Assembly (NCBI RefSeq): GCF_963921235.1
Contig: NC_086108.1
Span: 46,626,001 to 46,690,000, forward strand
DNA length: 64,000 nucleotides
Direction of reading: 5' to 3'
Source: Mobula hypostoma
Lineage: Eukaryota
Under the pieces are notes generated by a model. The model was not told the origin of the DNA. It saw nothing but the letters and a program-made list of their open reading frames with translations, and searched no databases. Shown here piece after piece: positions 12,584 to 25,325 of the stretch. Position 1 is the stretch's first letter. Every line of letters begins with the position of its first letter. A program made the translations under genes and the position numbers.

Positions 12584-12704
12584 GAGGAACATTTACTGCT
12601 CTTTTGAGTTCTTCCACAACTGAATTTTAAGAGAACCCTGACCAATAACTCTCCTGTTCAGTTCTTCATTCCCTACCAAAATCTCATGGGTGCTCTTACA
12701 GCCA

Positions 12705-12940
12705 GTGGCACAGCTACTAGAGCAGCTTCTGCACAAATCCAGTGACTTGGGTTCACTCCTGACTTCTGGTGCGATATTTCCCTGCGACATGTGGGTTGTG
12801 AGACTATCTGGGTTTGGTAGAATGTAAATGATAACAGAACCTGCAGGGAGATGATGAGAACGTGGGGAGAATATGAACAAGGAATGGGATTGGGGGAATG
12901 AGATTCCTCTGTGAGTTGTCTCAATGGACTGAAACGGTAA
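12705..12940 (+). mobile_element. Degenerate tRNA-derived SINE
   Basis: A-box-like gtggcacagctactag and B-box-like gggttcactcc; similar to 19077-19275. Confidence 0.5.
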
Positions 12941-13917
12941 CCAGTGTCATCAGGAAATTTGGTAAAATATGGCTCGTGGAGATATGGCAAGGACATTTTA
13001 GGTTCTGCATTGTTCAGTTCAGGAAAGGGTATAGTTCAGATTACTTTCTCCTTAACAATTCAATATGATGGAAATAGGTAGCAAGATAAGAACCTGCCGA
13101 CCTACAGTGGACCTGGGGAAAGTAGCAGCCTGACCATAGTCACGTGTGACTTCCGTCATTCCACCAGTGCTTTAGGTTAGGAGGCTCATCTGGAAAACTC
13201 CGTGAATAATGGATGGGGAAATTTAAAAACTATCAACAGACAAACATATTGTGAAATAAATCTTTAAATAATTGAATGTTACACACAAAACTCCTGCAGT
13301 CACACACTTGTTTTTCTATGTGCCGAAAAGAAAGTAGAACAGATATCACCACTTCCAGTACATTAACTGTGAAAAAGAAGTCATGATATCCAAACAAAAC
13401 CTTTTCAAAACATTACAGTGACTAAGCTCAGCAGGTTCTTGACTTATTTAAATATCATTTTATATTATTTAAATATTAAGGCACATTTAACTATTAAGAT
13501 GAAGTAAATTCGAACTACATCCTTTCTCGAACTGTAAAATGCAGAAACTAAAATGCCTTTGTCAGATCATTGAGACAGCTCACAGAGAAATCTTAGTTTC
13601 AAAAGGAAACACAAACAACCATTATTGTGTCCAGTAATAAAATAACTGGAACAGAAAACCTTGCTGAGTACCAATAAATTCTTCCACTTGATTACTGTGT
13701 TCCCAGGATTGTATGTGAGTAACATACTTAGAGCTTTATATGTGATTTGATTACAGTTGCCAAAAATGAGATGATGTTCACTGGAGGTTAATGATTAAAT
13801 TATAAGAAAACTATGTGCAACATTACAACACAATGAAAGCATTCATGGTGAGGTTTAAGTTTATTGTCATTTAACTATTTACATGCATACCGTCAAACGA
13901 GACAACGTTTCTCTGAG

Positions 13918-14538
13918 AGAAAGCAGGATCTCCCAGTGGCCACACATTTTAATTCCACATCCCATTCCCATTCTGACATGTCTATCCACGGCCTCCTCTA
14001 CTGTAAAGATGAAGCCACACTCAGGTTGGAGGAACAACACCTTATATTCCGTCTGGGTAGCCTCCAACCTGATGGCATGAACATCGACTTCTCTAACTTC
14101 CGCTAATGTCCCACCTCCCCCTCATACCCCATCTGTTATTTATTTTTATACACACATTCTTTCTCTCACTCTCCTTTTTCTCCTTCTGTCCCTCTGACTA
14201 TACCCCTTGCCCATCCTCTGGTTCCCCCCCCCCCCGCCTTGTCTTTCTCCCTGGGCCTCCTGTCCCATGATCCTCTCGTATCCCTTTGGCCAATCACCTG
14301 TCCAGCTCTTGGCTCCATCCCTCCCCCTCCTGTCTTCTCCTATCATTTTGCATCTCCCTCTCCCCCTCCCACCTTCAAATCTCTTACTCACTCTTCCTTC
14401 AGTTAGTCTTGATGAAGGGTCTTGGCCTGAAACGTCGACTGTACCTCTTCCTAGAGATGCTGCCTGGCCTGCTGTGTTCACCAGCAACTTTGATGTGTGT
14501 TGCTTGAATTTCCAGCATCTGCAGAATTCCTGTTGTAG
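13918..14538 (+). mobile_element. Penelope-like element 3' part: GIY-YIG C-terminus plus terminal repeat
   Basis: Translation DLPVATHFNSTSHSHSDM...RLEEQHLIFRLGSLQPDGMN. 12-bp TSD CGTTTCTCTGAG at 13906-13917 and 14539-14550. Confidence 0.88.
14405..14440 (+). ncRNA. Minimal hammerhead motif, probably inactivated (core C3->U)
   Basis: agtc-TTGATGA-agggtcttggcct-GAAA-cgtc-gact. Stem I (agtc/gact) is intact; the core reads UUGAUGA. Confidence 0.55.
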
Positions 14539-15594
14539 CGTTTCTCTGAGCCAGGATGTAAAGCACTGTGGTACACATAACACACAATAACTTATGAAAG
14601 TAAGGATAAAATCTACAGTTGGATTATACATAAAGAAACTAAACTGCATAAATAAAATATTGTAAGATACAGAACAGATTAACCGGTGACACTTGGAATG
14701 CGATGTAGCAGGGAGTTTAGAAGCCTCGTGGCCTGAGGAAAGAAATTGTTTCCCTTCCTGACCATTCTTGTTTTTATCCATCGGAGTCTCCTGCCTGATG
14801 GTAGAAAGCCAAAGAGTGTGCTGGAAGGATGGGTGGGATCCTTAATAACTCTAAGGATCCTACACACATAGTGTTCCTGATAAATGTCCCTGATGGATGG
14901 TAGGGTGACACCTATGACCTTCACAACCATTCTCACAGTCCTTCGTAGGAACTTCCAGTCTGAGGCTTTGCTGCTCCCATATCAGATGGAGATGCAACTA
15001 GTCAGGATGCTCTCAATGGTGGTCCTGTAAAACTCAGTTAAGATGGGGGGGGGGCCTCACATGCCTCAACCTTCCTTGGAAGTGGAGACGCTGCTGCGAA
15101 TTCTTGTTCAGGGAGGTGATATTAAGGGACCAGGTGAGGTCATCTGTGAGGTGAACTCCCGGGAACTTGCTCCACTTAACTCTCTATGGAGGAGCCATGT
15201 ATTCACTGAGGGGGATAGTTCGTGAGCAGTTACAGTCCCCCAACAACCCTGAATCCCTCCAACTCTAAATTCTTGTGCATCACTATTCCTGTTGTGATTT
15301 CATTGGTAACTCTATCCTGAGCTTTCTCAGTTTCAACCTCTGCCTGAAGGGATTTGTCTCCATACCTTCCTTCTTCTAATGCAGTTACTCGTGATTGAGG
15401 ACAACTATCTTCATGTCATCGGTTTTCTGCTTTGATATGAGTGTTTTAACTGATTACGTTCCTGTGTTATGATTTGGTATCTTTTCCTACATTATAAATA
15501 TGTCGTTGGTGATATTATGGAAGGATAGTCTTTTTATTCAATCTCATGATTAAGTTTAGCTTTTGAAAGTTTGCAATTGTATAAACAGTTAATG

Positions 15595-18043
15595 TAGAAC
15601 ATAGAACATAGAATAGTACAGCACAGTACAGGCCCTTTGGCCCACAATGTTGTGCCGACCCTCAAACCCTGCCTCAGATATAACCTCCCACCTTAAATTC
15701 CTCCATATACCTGTCTAGTAGTCCCTTAAATTTCACTAGTGTATCTGCCTCCATCAGTGACTCAGGCAGTGCATTCCATGCACCAACCACTCTCTCAGTA
15801 AATAACCTTTCTCTAATATCCCCCTTGAACTTCCCACCCCTTACCTTAAAGCCATGTCCTCTTGTATTGAGCAATGGTGCCCTGGGGAAGAGGTGCTGGC
15901 TGTCCACTCTATCTATTCCTCTTAATATCTTGTATAGCTCTATCATGTCTCCTCTCATCCTCCTCTCCAAAGAGTAAAGCCCTAGCTTCCTTAATCTCTG
16001 ATCATAATGCATGCTCTCTAAACCAGGCAGCATCCTGGTAAATCTCTGTACCCTTTCCAATGCTTCCACATCCTTCCTATAGTGAGGTGACCAGAACTGG
16101 ACACAGTACTCCAAGTGTGACCTAACCAGAGCCTTATAGAGCTGCATCATTACCTCGCGACTCTTAAACTCTATCCCTCGACTTATGAAAGCTAACACCC
16201 CATAAGCTTTCTTAACTACCCTATCTACCTGTGAGGCAACTTTCAGGGATCTGTGGACATGTACCCCCAGATCCCTCTGCTCCTCCACACTACCAAGTAT
16301 CCTGCCATTTACTTTGTACTCTGTCTTGGAGTTTGTCCTTCCAAGGTGTACCACCTCACACTTCTCCGGGGTGAACTCCATCTGCCACTTCTCAGCCCAC
16401 TTCTGCATCCTATCAATGTCTCTCTGCAATCTTCGACAATCCTCCACACTATCCACAACACCACCAACCTTTGTTTCGTCTGCAAACTTGCCAACCCACC
16501 CTTCTACCCCCACATCCAGGTCATTAATAAAAATCATGAAAAGTAGAGGTCCCAGAACAGATCCTTGTGGGACACCACTAGTCACAACCCTCCAATCCGA
16601 ATGTACTCCCTCCACTACGACCCTCTGCTTTCTGCAGGCAAGCCAATTCTGAATCCACTTGGCCAAACTTCCCTGGATCCCATGCCTTCTAACTTTCTGA
16701 ATAAGCCTACTGTGTGGAACCTTGTCAAGTGCCTTACTAAAATCCATGTAGATCACATCCACTACACTACCCTCATCTATATGCCTGGTCACCCCCTCAA
16801 AGAACTCTATCAGGCTTGTTAGACACAATCTGCCCTTCACAAAGCCACGCTGACTGTCCCTGATCAGACCATGATTCTCTAAATGCCCAGAGATCCTACT
16901 TCTAAGAATCTTTTCCAACAGCTTTCCCAGACGTAAGGCTTACTGGTCTATAATTACCCGGGCTATCCCTATTACCTTTTTTGAACAAGGGGACAACATT
17001 CGCCTCCCTCCAATCCTCCAGTACCATTCCCGTGGACAACGAGAAGATAAAGATCCTAGCCAAAGGCTCAGCAATCTCTTCCCTCGCCTCGTGGTGCAGC
17101 CTGCGGAGTATTCCATCAAGCCCGGGGACTTATCCATCCTAATGTATTTTAACAACTCCAACACCTCCTCTCCCTTAATATCAACATGCTCCATAACATC
17201 AACCTCACTCATATTGTCCTCACTGTCATCAAGTTCCCTCTCATTGGTGAATACCGAAGAGAAGTATTCATTGAGGACCTTGCTCACTTCCACAGCCTCC
17301 AGGCACATCTTCCCAGCTTTATCTCTAATCAGTCCTACCTTCACTCCTGTCATCCTTTTGTTCTTCACATAATTGAAGAATGCCTTGGGATTCTCCTTTA
17401 TCCCTTACCCTTCTCATGCCCCCTCTTACTCTCCTCAGCCCCTTCTTAAGTTCCTTTCTTGCTACCCTATATTCCTCAATAGACCCATCTGATCCTTGCT
17501 TCCTAAACCTCATGTATGCTGCCTTCTTCCGCCTAACTAGATATTCCACCTCACTTGTCACCTGTGGTTCCTTCACCCTACCATTCTTTATCTTCCTCAT
17601 CGGAACAAATTTATCCCTAACATCCCGCAAGAGATCCCTAAACATCAACCACACTTCCATAGTACATTTCCCAGCAAAGACATCATCCCAATTTACACCC
17701 ACAAGTTCTAGCCTTATAGCCTCATAATTTGCCCTTACCCAACTAAAAATTTTCCTGTCCTCTCTGAATCTATCCTTTTCCATGATAATGCTAAAGGCCA
17801 GGGAGCGGTGGTAACTGTCCCCCAGATGCTCACCCACTGAGAGGTCTGTGACCTGACCCGGTTCATTACCTAATACTAGATCTAGTATGGCATTCCCCCT
17901 TGTCAGCCCGTCAACATACTGTGACAGGAATCCATCCTGGACACACTTAACAAACTCTGCTCCGTCTAAACCATTGGAACTAATTAGGTGCCAATCAATA
18001 TTAGGGAAGTTAAAGTCACCCATGATAACAACCCTGTTATTTT
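15595..18043 (-). mobile_element. CR1 LINE, 5'-truncated, same subfamily as 2047-5386
   Basis: Minus ORFs 17325-18023, 16940-17368 and 15674-16918 are nearly identical to the + copy. The RT motif reads FADE here. Tail (TTCTATG)n at 15595-15613. Confidence 0.95.
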
Positions 18044-19076
18044 GTGTGTGCTGTATTTATCATTGCAAGATAGCTGCTCCCAGTTTATTACAGATCAGCT
18101 GAATATTTGTATATTTCGTCAAAACAAACAGAGGCCACTGGTATCCAGCAAAGTCTTCCAGGTTGGACAGGGAGTTTTAAAAAGCCATTGAAATGCATGG
18201 CAAGGTTAGGAAAAGGACATTTCAGAACAGAATCACGGTGTATCAAGAAAGCAGGACAAATAAGTTAGGTGTAGTAAAGGCTCAAATACAAACATGGGAA
18301 AAAACTTTGGAGAGAAGTTATAGATGTGAACTGCTAAAGGTAAGCATTCACTCCTGTTCTTCTCTGTGCATGAACTGTGCCTCAACCCATTGATTCATTC
18401 CTTTATAACTTTCTCCACTGATCGTATACCTTCCAAGTGTTAAAATTTCAATTAACATAGTATCCATTTTTTCGTAAAAAAGATTGCACATTCCTATTGT
18501 TCATATTCCAAAAAAGAAGGCCTTATAATTTGACTTCTAAATGGCCGAGTTGTAAATTTAGGATAGTGCATGCTTGCTCTGGATTCACCCTCCATAGGAA
18601 ATATTTTCCCTGCATATTACAGTGCTACATCACATAATCACTTTCAGCACCTCAGTTTTATCACACTTCTTCTTCTGAACTTCACCTCTAGATGCCTGTA
18701 TCAATACAGTCTCTGCCTTTCCAATAATAATATCTCCTTCTTTGAGGTAAAATGCTGAGAAACCCTTCAACATGCGCATAGTGCATAGCACAGGGACGTG
18801 AAACTTCTCTTTAACTCAGTTGTCGCAGCAAAGAACCACAATAAATTACATGTACTTCTGTATGAAAAATTCAAAGTATGACAGCCACTAATCTTGATTT
18901 AAAAGTCAATGCCATTTTTGGCTAGAAACTCATCATTTAGAAGTATAGTGACAAAGTGACATCCAAAATCATAAAATGTTCAATAGCTGTAGAAGGGGGC
19001 GCGAGGGTGGGGGTTGTGAGTTCAGCGTGCCTCCCACTTCCACCTTCAAAGGCTGTGTTCACTAGAAGCTTACACA

Positions 19077-19275
19077 GGGGCCAGTGTGGTAGCGTAGCGG
19101 TTAGAGCAATGCTATTGCAGTGCCAGTGACCTGGGTTCAATTCCCGCTGTCATCTGTAAGGAGTTTGTATGTGCTCCCCATGACCATGTGGGTTTCCTCC
19201 GGGTGCTCCATTTCTCTCCCACATTCCAAAAAAGTACAGGTTGGAAGGTTAATTAGTCACATGGGTGTGACTGTG
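19077..19275 (+). mobile_element. tRNA-derived SINE (V-SINE/HE1-like)
   Basis: A box tagcgtagcgg, B box gggttcaattcc, then the core ggagtttgtatgtgctccccatgaccatgtgggtttcctccgggtgctcc. Confidence 0.75.
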
Positions 19276-19689
19276 CACCTTTTCCCCCCTATTAACCGTA
19301 ACTGTGATGACAGTGGTGAATTTCACCATTGATTTAACGTTTTGACATGAGGCAGATGTCCTGATAGGGGAAGTGGATATTTGTATTTCTTGTTGAAACA
19401 AACACAGGTCAATGTTTTTTTTCTGGGATTTCCATGAAATGTTTTTGGAGAGCAGTGGGGACAGATTGGCAGAGGTCCTTCATGCTGCAAGTGTTTATTA
19501 TAAGGCCATTGTCTTAGATGCCTCAGGGAACAAGGTGGCGATGGCTTGCAGCTCTACCTCTGAGTGTGTGCACTACAGCCAGACTCCCTGTGGTTAATGG
19601 GACTGGAATGCAGTCACAGCTTTAACAGTTTCCCATTAGCTCTGAACACGCACCAGTCCTCATTGAGAGGAGAGGGCTCTAGCAAATTA

Positions 19690-20252
19690 CCACACATGGT
19701 GGAGAGCTTCTGATTGGCTGCATCACCGACTGGTAGGATTCCATCTTTTTGAGGCACTGCCTTTTGAAGATGTCCTCGATGGTGGGGGGGGGGGGGTAAT
19801 GTACAGGATTTAAAGAGACTGCAGAGAGTTGTAGACTTAGCCGGATCCATTGCAAGCACAAGCCTGACCCATCCAACCACCACCCCCCACTACCATCGAA
19901 GGCATCTTCAAAAGACAGTGCCTCAAAAAGGTGGAATCCAACACTAAAGACCCTGACTATCTGGGACCTGCCCTCTTCTTGTTATTACCATCAGCGAGAG
20001 AAACATGAGCCTGAAGACCTACACTTAATAATTTAGGAACAGCTTCTTCCCCTCTGCTACCAGATTTCTGACTGCTCCGTGAACCCATGGACACTACCTC
20101 GTTCTCAATCTTCTGTGCTATTTATTCATTTGTTTGTTTTTATTTATTAATTATTATAACTTACAGCAGTTTGTGATTGTACTGCACTGCTACTACATAA
20201 TGACAAACTTCACAACTGATGTCAGTGATGATAAGCCTGACTTTGATTCTGA
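19690..20252 (+). mobile_element. Rex1/Babar-like 3' fragment
   Basis: gtggagagc..tgattggctgcatcacc and tttaggaacagcttcttcccctctgc, with a tail ...gattctga. Confidence 0.7.
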
Positions 20253-20339
20253 TTAACTCCAGTCCTACTACAGTCTTGTTGGAGTTGAGGTTCAACATTG
20301 CATCAAGAAAGGCCAGTGGCTCTGCTCATCGCACATTAG

Positions 20340-20678
20340 TCCAAACCTCCCCCCTCTCATGCTCACATTCAATCTAGTAACACAGTACAAGTGTCTATGA
20401 TTGCATTTGTTATTCATTACAGCTTCAATGCAACAGTGCGGGGGACACAGTCTCAGAAAATAACTAATTAAATCTGAAGAAGCAGTTACTCCCTTCATAT
20501 CAATAAAATGCTTAGAAAAACACCTGACTGAATATTTAATTATTCAAGTATGACTCTTGACATCATCAGGAAGGAGAGTCTGGGATGGGATGCCTATGAA
20601 AATTGCAGAGACCCTGAGTATAAATCAGAAGGACACTTTTTCAAGAGTGAGGTTTCTGCCAGCAGCTCTTCAAACAAG
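20340..20678 (+). promoter_or_regulatory. nphs2: Putative nphs2 proximal promoter with TATA box (20619-20625)
   Basis: TATAAAT lies 60 nt upstream of a good-Kozak ATG (aagATGG, 20679). TAATTA motifs at ~20465 and ~20537; G/C-rich tracts at ~20346 and ~20438. The region is repeat-free. Confidence 0.5.
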
Positions 20679-21009
20679 ATGGAGAAAATCTCCAAAGCTA
20701 TCTCCCATTCTTCAAAGAATTCGGGAAAAAGACAAGTCGGATCTTCCACTGGGGAGAAAGACGTTCACATCAAGGGCATTCGAAGCAGCAGGAGCAGAAA
20801 TAAGTCCAAGTCCACCCTTGTGAGAACCAGTGCAAGGAAAGACTCAAGGAACAAGACAGCGAGAAATGGGACAACACAGTCAGATTGCTGCCGCGGTGCT
20901 GACGACAAGGTAACAGGCTGCACCATCGTGGACGTGGACAATGTGCTGAGCTCTGAAGAGAGTGAAGAGGGGCCCGTTGCCCTGATAGAAATGGAAGCAC
21001 CAGACGAAG
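20679..21009 (+). CDS. nphs2: Podocin coding exon 1 (331 nt, phase 1)
   Basis: MEKISK...TIVDVDNVLSSEESEEGPVALIEMEAPDEG parallels human [30 protein letters not shown]. Donor G|gtgaga. The start codon choice is inferred. Confidence 0.85.
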
Positions 21010-21347
21010 GTGAGAAAGGAGGGAAGTGTGGGGAAAACAGTAATCACAAGTTAAAAATAACTAAGACGTTATTAAGTTAGATTTTGTTTTTGCCCCTTTC
21101 TTTATTAAAATGTGTTAGTTCTTTCCCTTCTAGTCCATTTCATGAAGAGAACTTAAGGTAAATATTCAATTCAAATTTGAATTAATTTGTCCAATACAAA
21201 ATGTTTTTTCTTAAATGCTGCAACTCCCCAGCCTTGGATGATCTACATCTTTCTTCATTCAACAGCTAAAAAGACTGCTTTTGGTAAAAGATGATTTTTT
21301 ATAAAACTAACAAATCATTGACTTGACTACTCTTCATAATACTGAAT

Positions 21348-23272
21348 AAACATAGAAACATAGAAACATAGAAAATAGGTGCGGGAGTAGGCCATTCGGC
21401 CCTTCGAGCCTGCACCGCCATTTATTATGATCATGGCTGATCATCCAACTCAGAACCCTGCACCAGCCTTCCCTCCATACCCCCTGATCCCCGTAGCCAC
21501 AAGGGCCATATCTAACTCCCTCTTAAATATAGCCAATGAACTGGCCTCAACTGTTTCCTGTGGCAGAGAATTCCACAGATTCACCACTCTCTGTGTGAAG
21601 AAGTTTTTCCTAATCTCGGTCCTAAAAGGCTTCCGCTTTATCCTCAGACTGTGACCCCTCGTTCTGGATTTCCCCAACATCGGGAACAATCTTCCTGCAT
21701 CTAGCCTGTCCAATCCCTTTCGGATTTTATACTTTTCAATCAGATCCCCCCTCAATCTTCTAAATTCCAACGAGTACAAGCCCAGTTCATCCAGTCTTTC
21801 TTCATATGAAAGTCCTGCCATCCCAGGAATCAATCTGGTGAACCTTCTTTGTACTCCCTCTATGGCAAGGATGTCCTTCCTCAGATTAGGGGACCAAAAC
21901 TGCACACAATACTCTAGGTGTGGTCTCACCAAGGCCTTGTACAACTGCAGTAGTACCTCCCTGCTCCTGTACTCGAATCCTCTCGCTATAAATGCCAACA
22001 TACCATTCGCCTTTTTCACCGCCTGCTGTACCTGCATGCCCACTTTCAATGACTGGTGTATAATGACACCCAGGTCTCGTTGCACCTCCCCTTTTCCTAA
22101 TCGGCCACCATTCACATAATAATCTGTTTTCCTATTTTTGCCACCAAAGTGGATAACTTCACATTTATCCACATTAAATTGCATCTGCCATGAATTTGCC
22201 CACTAACCCAACCTATCCAAGTCACCCTGCATCCTCTTAGCATCCTCCTCACAGCTAACACTGCCGCCCAGCTTCATGTCATCCGCAAACTTGGAGATGC
22301 TGCATTTAATTCCCTCATCCAAGTCATTAATATATATTGTAAACAACTGGGGTCCCAGCACTGAGCCTTGCGGTACCCCACTAGTCACTGCCTGCCATTC
22401 TGAAAAGGTCCCGTTTATTCCCACTCTTTGCTTCCTGTCTGCTAACCAATTCTCTATCCGCATCAATACTTTACCCCCAATACTGTGTGCTTTAAGTTTG
22501 CACACTAATCTCCTGTGTGGGATCTTGTCAAAAGCCTTTTGAAAATCCAAATATACCACATCCACTGGTTCTCCCCTATCCACTCTACTAGTTACATCCT
22601 CAAAAAATTCTATGAGTTTCGTCAGACATGATTTTCCTTTCACAAATCCATGCTGATTTTGTCCAATGATTTCACCACTTTCCAAATGTGCTGTTATCAC
22701 ATCTTTGATAACTGACTCCAGCAGTTTCCCCACCACTGACGTTAGGCTAACCGGTCTATAATTCCCCGGTTTCTCTCTCCCTCCTTTTTTAAAAAGTGGA
22801 GTTACATTAGCCACCCTCCAATCCTCAGGAACTAGTCCAGAATCTAACGAGTTTTGAAAAATTATCACTAATGCATCCACTATTTCTTGGGCTACTTCCT
22901 TAAGCACTCTGGGATGCAGACCATCTGGCCCTGGGGATTTATCTGCCTTTAATCCCTTCAATTTACCCAACACCACTTCCCTACTAACATGTATTTCGCT
23001 CAGTTCCTCCATCTCACTGGACCCTCTGTCCCCTACTATTTCTGGAAGATTATTTATATCCTCCTTAGTGAAGACAGAACCAAAGTAATTATTCAATTGG
23101 TCTGCCATGTCCTTGCTCCCCATAATCAATTCACCTGTTTCTGTCTGTAGGGGACCTACATTTGTCTTTACCAGTCTTTTCCTTTTTACATATCTATAAA
23201 AGCTTTTACAGTCAGTTTTTATGTTCCCTGCCAGTTTTCTCTCATAATCTTTTTTCCCCTTCCTAATTAAGA
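21348..23272 (-). mobile_element. CR1 LINE (second subfamily), 5'-truncated, antisense in intron 1
   Basis: ORFs 22203-23282 ([13 protein letters not shown]) and 21450-22184 are in frame and separated by one stop. Tail (TTTCTATG)n at 21348-21375. Confidence 0.93.
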
Positions 23273-23751
23273 TCTGGTTCACACAGAATGCTTATTTAAA
23301 TTTAATTTCCTTATCTCTCATTGTCTGCCCTCTAAAATAACCATAGAAACACTTTCTGTCAACAGCCCTTTCCTCCGGTACTCCTGATCTTTGCCTTCTT
23401 TTTGTCACGCCTTCCACTCATCCTGCATTTTTCCCTTTTGCCGGGGAGTATCCACACCAGGTTTAAGCTATAATCTTCTATTCAGCATTTAGCAAAGATG
23501 TACATAATCAGCTTTGAGTCTATTAGCTGCTGACTTAGAATCCTGTACCCTTGTCTTTACTCAGAGAAGTTGTTTGATGGTGCCAAGAATGAGACCACAA
23601 GTCCTTGCCATCCATGTCTAGCTACTTTCAGGAAGTAATGAACACATTTTGGCCACTTGAATAAATGCCTTAATGGAAAGAACAAAGAATAATCAAAACA
23701 GTGGGCTTGAAATAGAAACTAAATGTGAAGTCTAAAATAGAATTCGATATA

Positions 23752-24282
23752 CACTCAGTGGCCACTTTTTTGGGTACCTCCCATTCCTAGTAAAGGGGTC
23801 ACTGAGTTTACGTTCATGGTCTTCTGCTGCCGCAGCCCATCCACTTCAAAGTTCAATGTGCTATGCAATCAGAGACGCTTTTCTCCACGCCACAGTTGTA
23901 ACATGTGTGATTATTTGAGCTACTGTCAGTTTGAACCTGCCTGGCCATTGTCCTCTGATCTCTCTCGTTAACAAGACACAGAACTGCTGCTTACTGGATG
24001 TTTTTTGGTTTTTGCACCATTCTCTGTAAGCTCCAGAGACTGTTGTGCATGAAGACCCCAGGAGATCACGAGATACTCAACCTCTCCTTCTGGCATCAAC
24101 AATCATTCCACTGTCAAGGTCATTTACAGCATATTTCTTCCCAATTCTAACGTTTGGCCTGAACAACAACTGAACCTCTTGCATGCTTTGCTACATTGAG
24201 TTGCTGCCACATGATTGACTGATTAGATATTTTCACTAACAAGCAGGTGTACAGGTGCACCAAATAAAGTGCAAATAAAGTG
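23752..24282 (-). mobile_element. Non-autonomous Tc1-like element
   Basis: TA|cactcagtggccacttt terminus with a doubled TIR. Internal sequence is shared with 33037-34597 and, inverted, with 56205-59994. Confidence 0.75.
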
Positions 24283-24539
24283 AAATATAATCATCCAATG
24301 ATAAACTACCTAAAACTGAGTTTTGGCCAGTGTTTGCAGACTTCTGGCCCCAATATGACCACACTTGTGAGCATGGAATGGGCTCATAATTCACTACGTT
24401 CAGTAGAGTATTGATACATTAGTGCATGTTTGTCAGCAAAACTATGGCGGAAAATATGGCTACAATGGCTATGGTGGAAATAATGGAAATTACGTTTGTA
24501 GAAGCACAGCTCCAATATTATAGTTGGAGGATCAAAGTG

Positions 24540-25325
24540 AAGAGGGTCACCTTTGGTGTTATCATTTCAAAGGACGTTTCCTGGGTTCATCACATAAGTG
24601 CAATTACAAAGAAAGCACGGCAGCACCTCTACTTCCTTAAAAGTTTGTGTAGATTTGCATGACATCGAAAACTCTGACAGACTTCTATAAATGTGTGCTG
24701 GAGAGTATATTGACTGGTTGCATCACAGTGTGGTATGGAAACACCAATGCCCTTGAATGGAAAATCCCACAAAAAGTAGTAGATATAGCCTGGTTCATCA
24801 CGGGTAAAGCCCTCCCCATCATTGAGCATGTCTACATGGTGCACTGTTGCAGGAAAGCAGCGTTCATCATCAGGAACCCCCACACCCAGGACATGCTCTC
24901 TTTACACTGCTGCTATCAGGAAGAAGGTACATGAGCCTCAGGACTCACACCACCTGGTTTAGGAACAGTTATTACCCCTCAACCACCAGCCTTGAACCAA
25001 AGGGCATAACTTCACTGAACTTCAGTGCCCCATCTTTGAACTGTTTCCACAACATGACAGACTCACTGTCATGGATTCTTCATTTCATATTCTCAATAAT
25101 TATTGCTTATTTATTATTATTATTATTATTTCTTTTTTATTTTGTATTTGCAGTTTGTTGCTTTTTGCACATTGTTTGTTTTTCCACCCTGTTGGGTGTG
25201 GTCTTTCATTAATTCTATTATGGTTCTTGGATTTACTGAGTATGTCCAGCAGAAAATGAATCTCAGGATTGTATATGGTGACACATATGTATGTACTTTG
25301 ATAACAAACTTACTTTGAACTTTGA
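24540..25325 (+). mobile_element. Rex1/Babar-like LINE 3' part
   Basis: Translations ITKKARQHLYFL, ESILTGCITVWYG and PHPGHALFTLLLSGRRY; tail actttgaactttga. Confidence 0.8.

Larger units (their letters stand above)
13852..15230 (-). mobile_element. Rex1/Babar-like LINE 3' part, interrupted by Penelope
   Basis: Minus ORF 14679-14936 (IKDPTHP...LPSGRRLR...NNFFPQATRLLN) is a Rex1-type RT C-terminus. The 3' end reads aataaacttaaacc on minus at ~13852-13865. Confidence 0.75.

Noticed and set aside
19077..19150. tRNA gene
   Set aside because: The A/B boxes continue into a SINE core and there is no convincing cloverleaf.
20550..21080. 176-aa single-exon ORF starting at ATG 20550
   Set aside because: It is nphs2 exon 1 read through its donor at 21010. 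The upstream ATG precedes the TATA box, and homology favours ATG 20679. A longer N-terminus is not strictly excluded.
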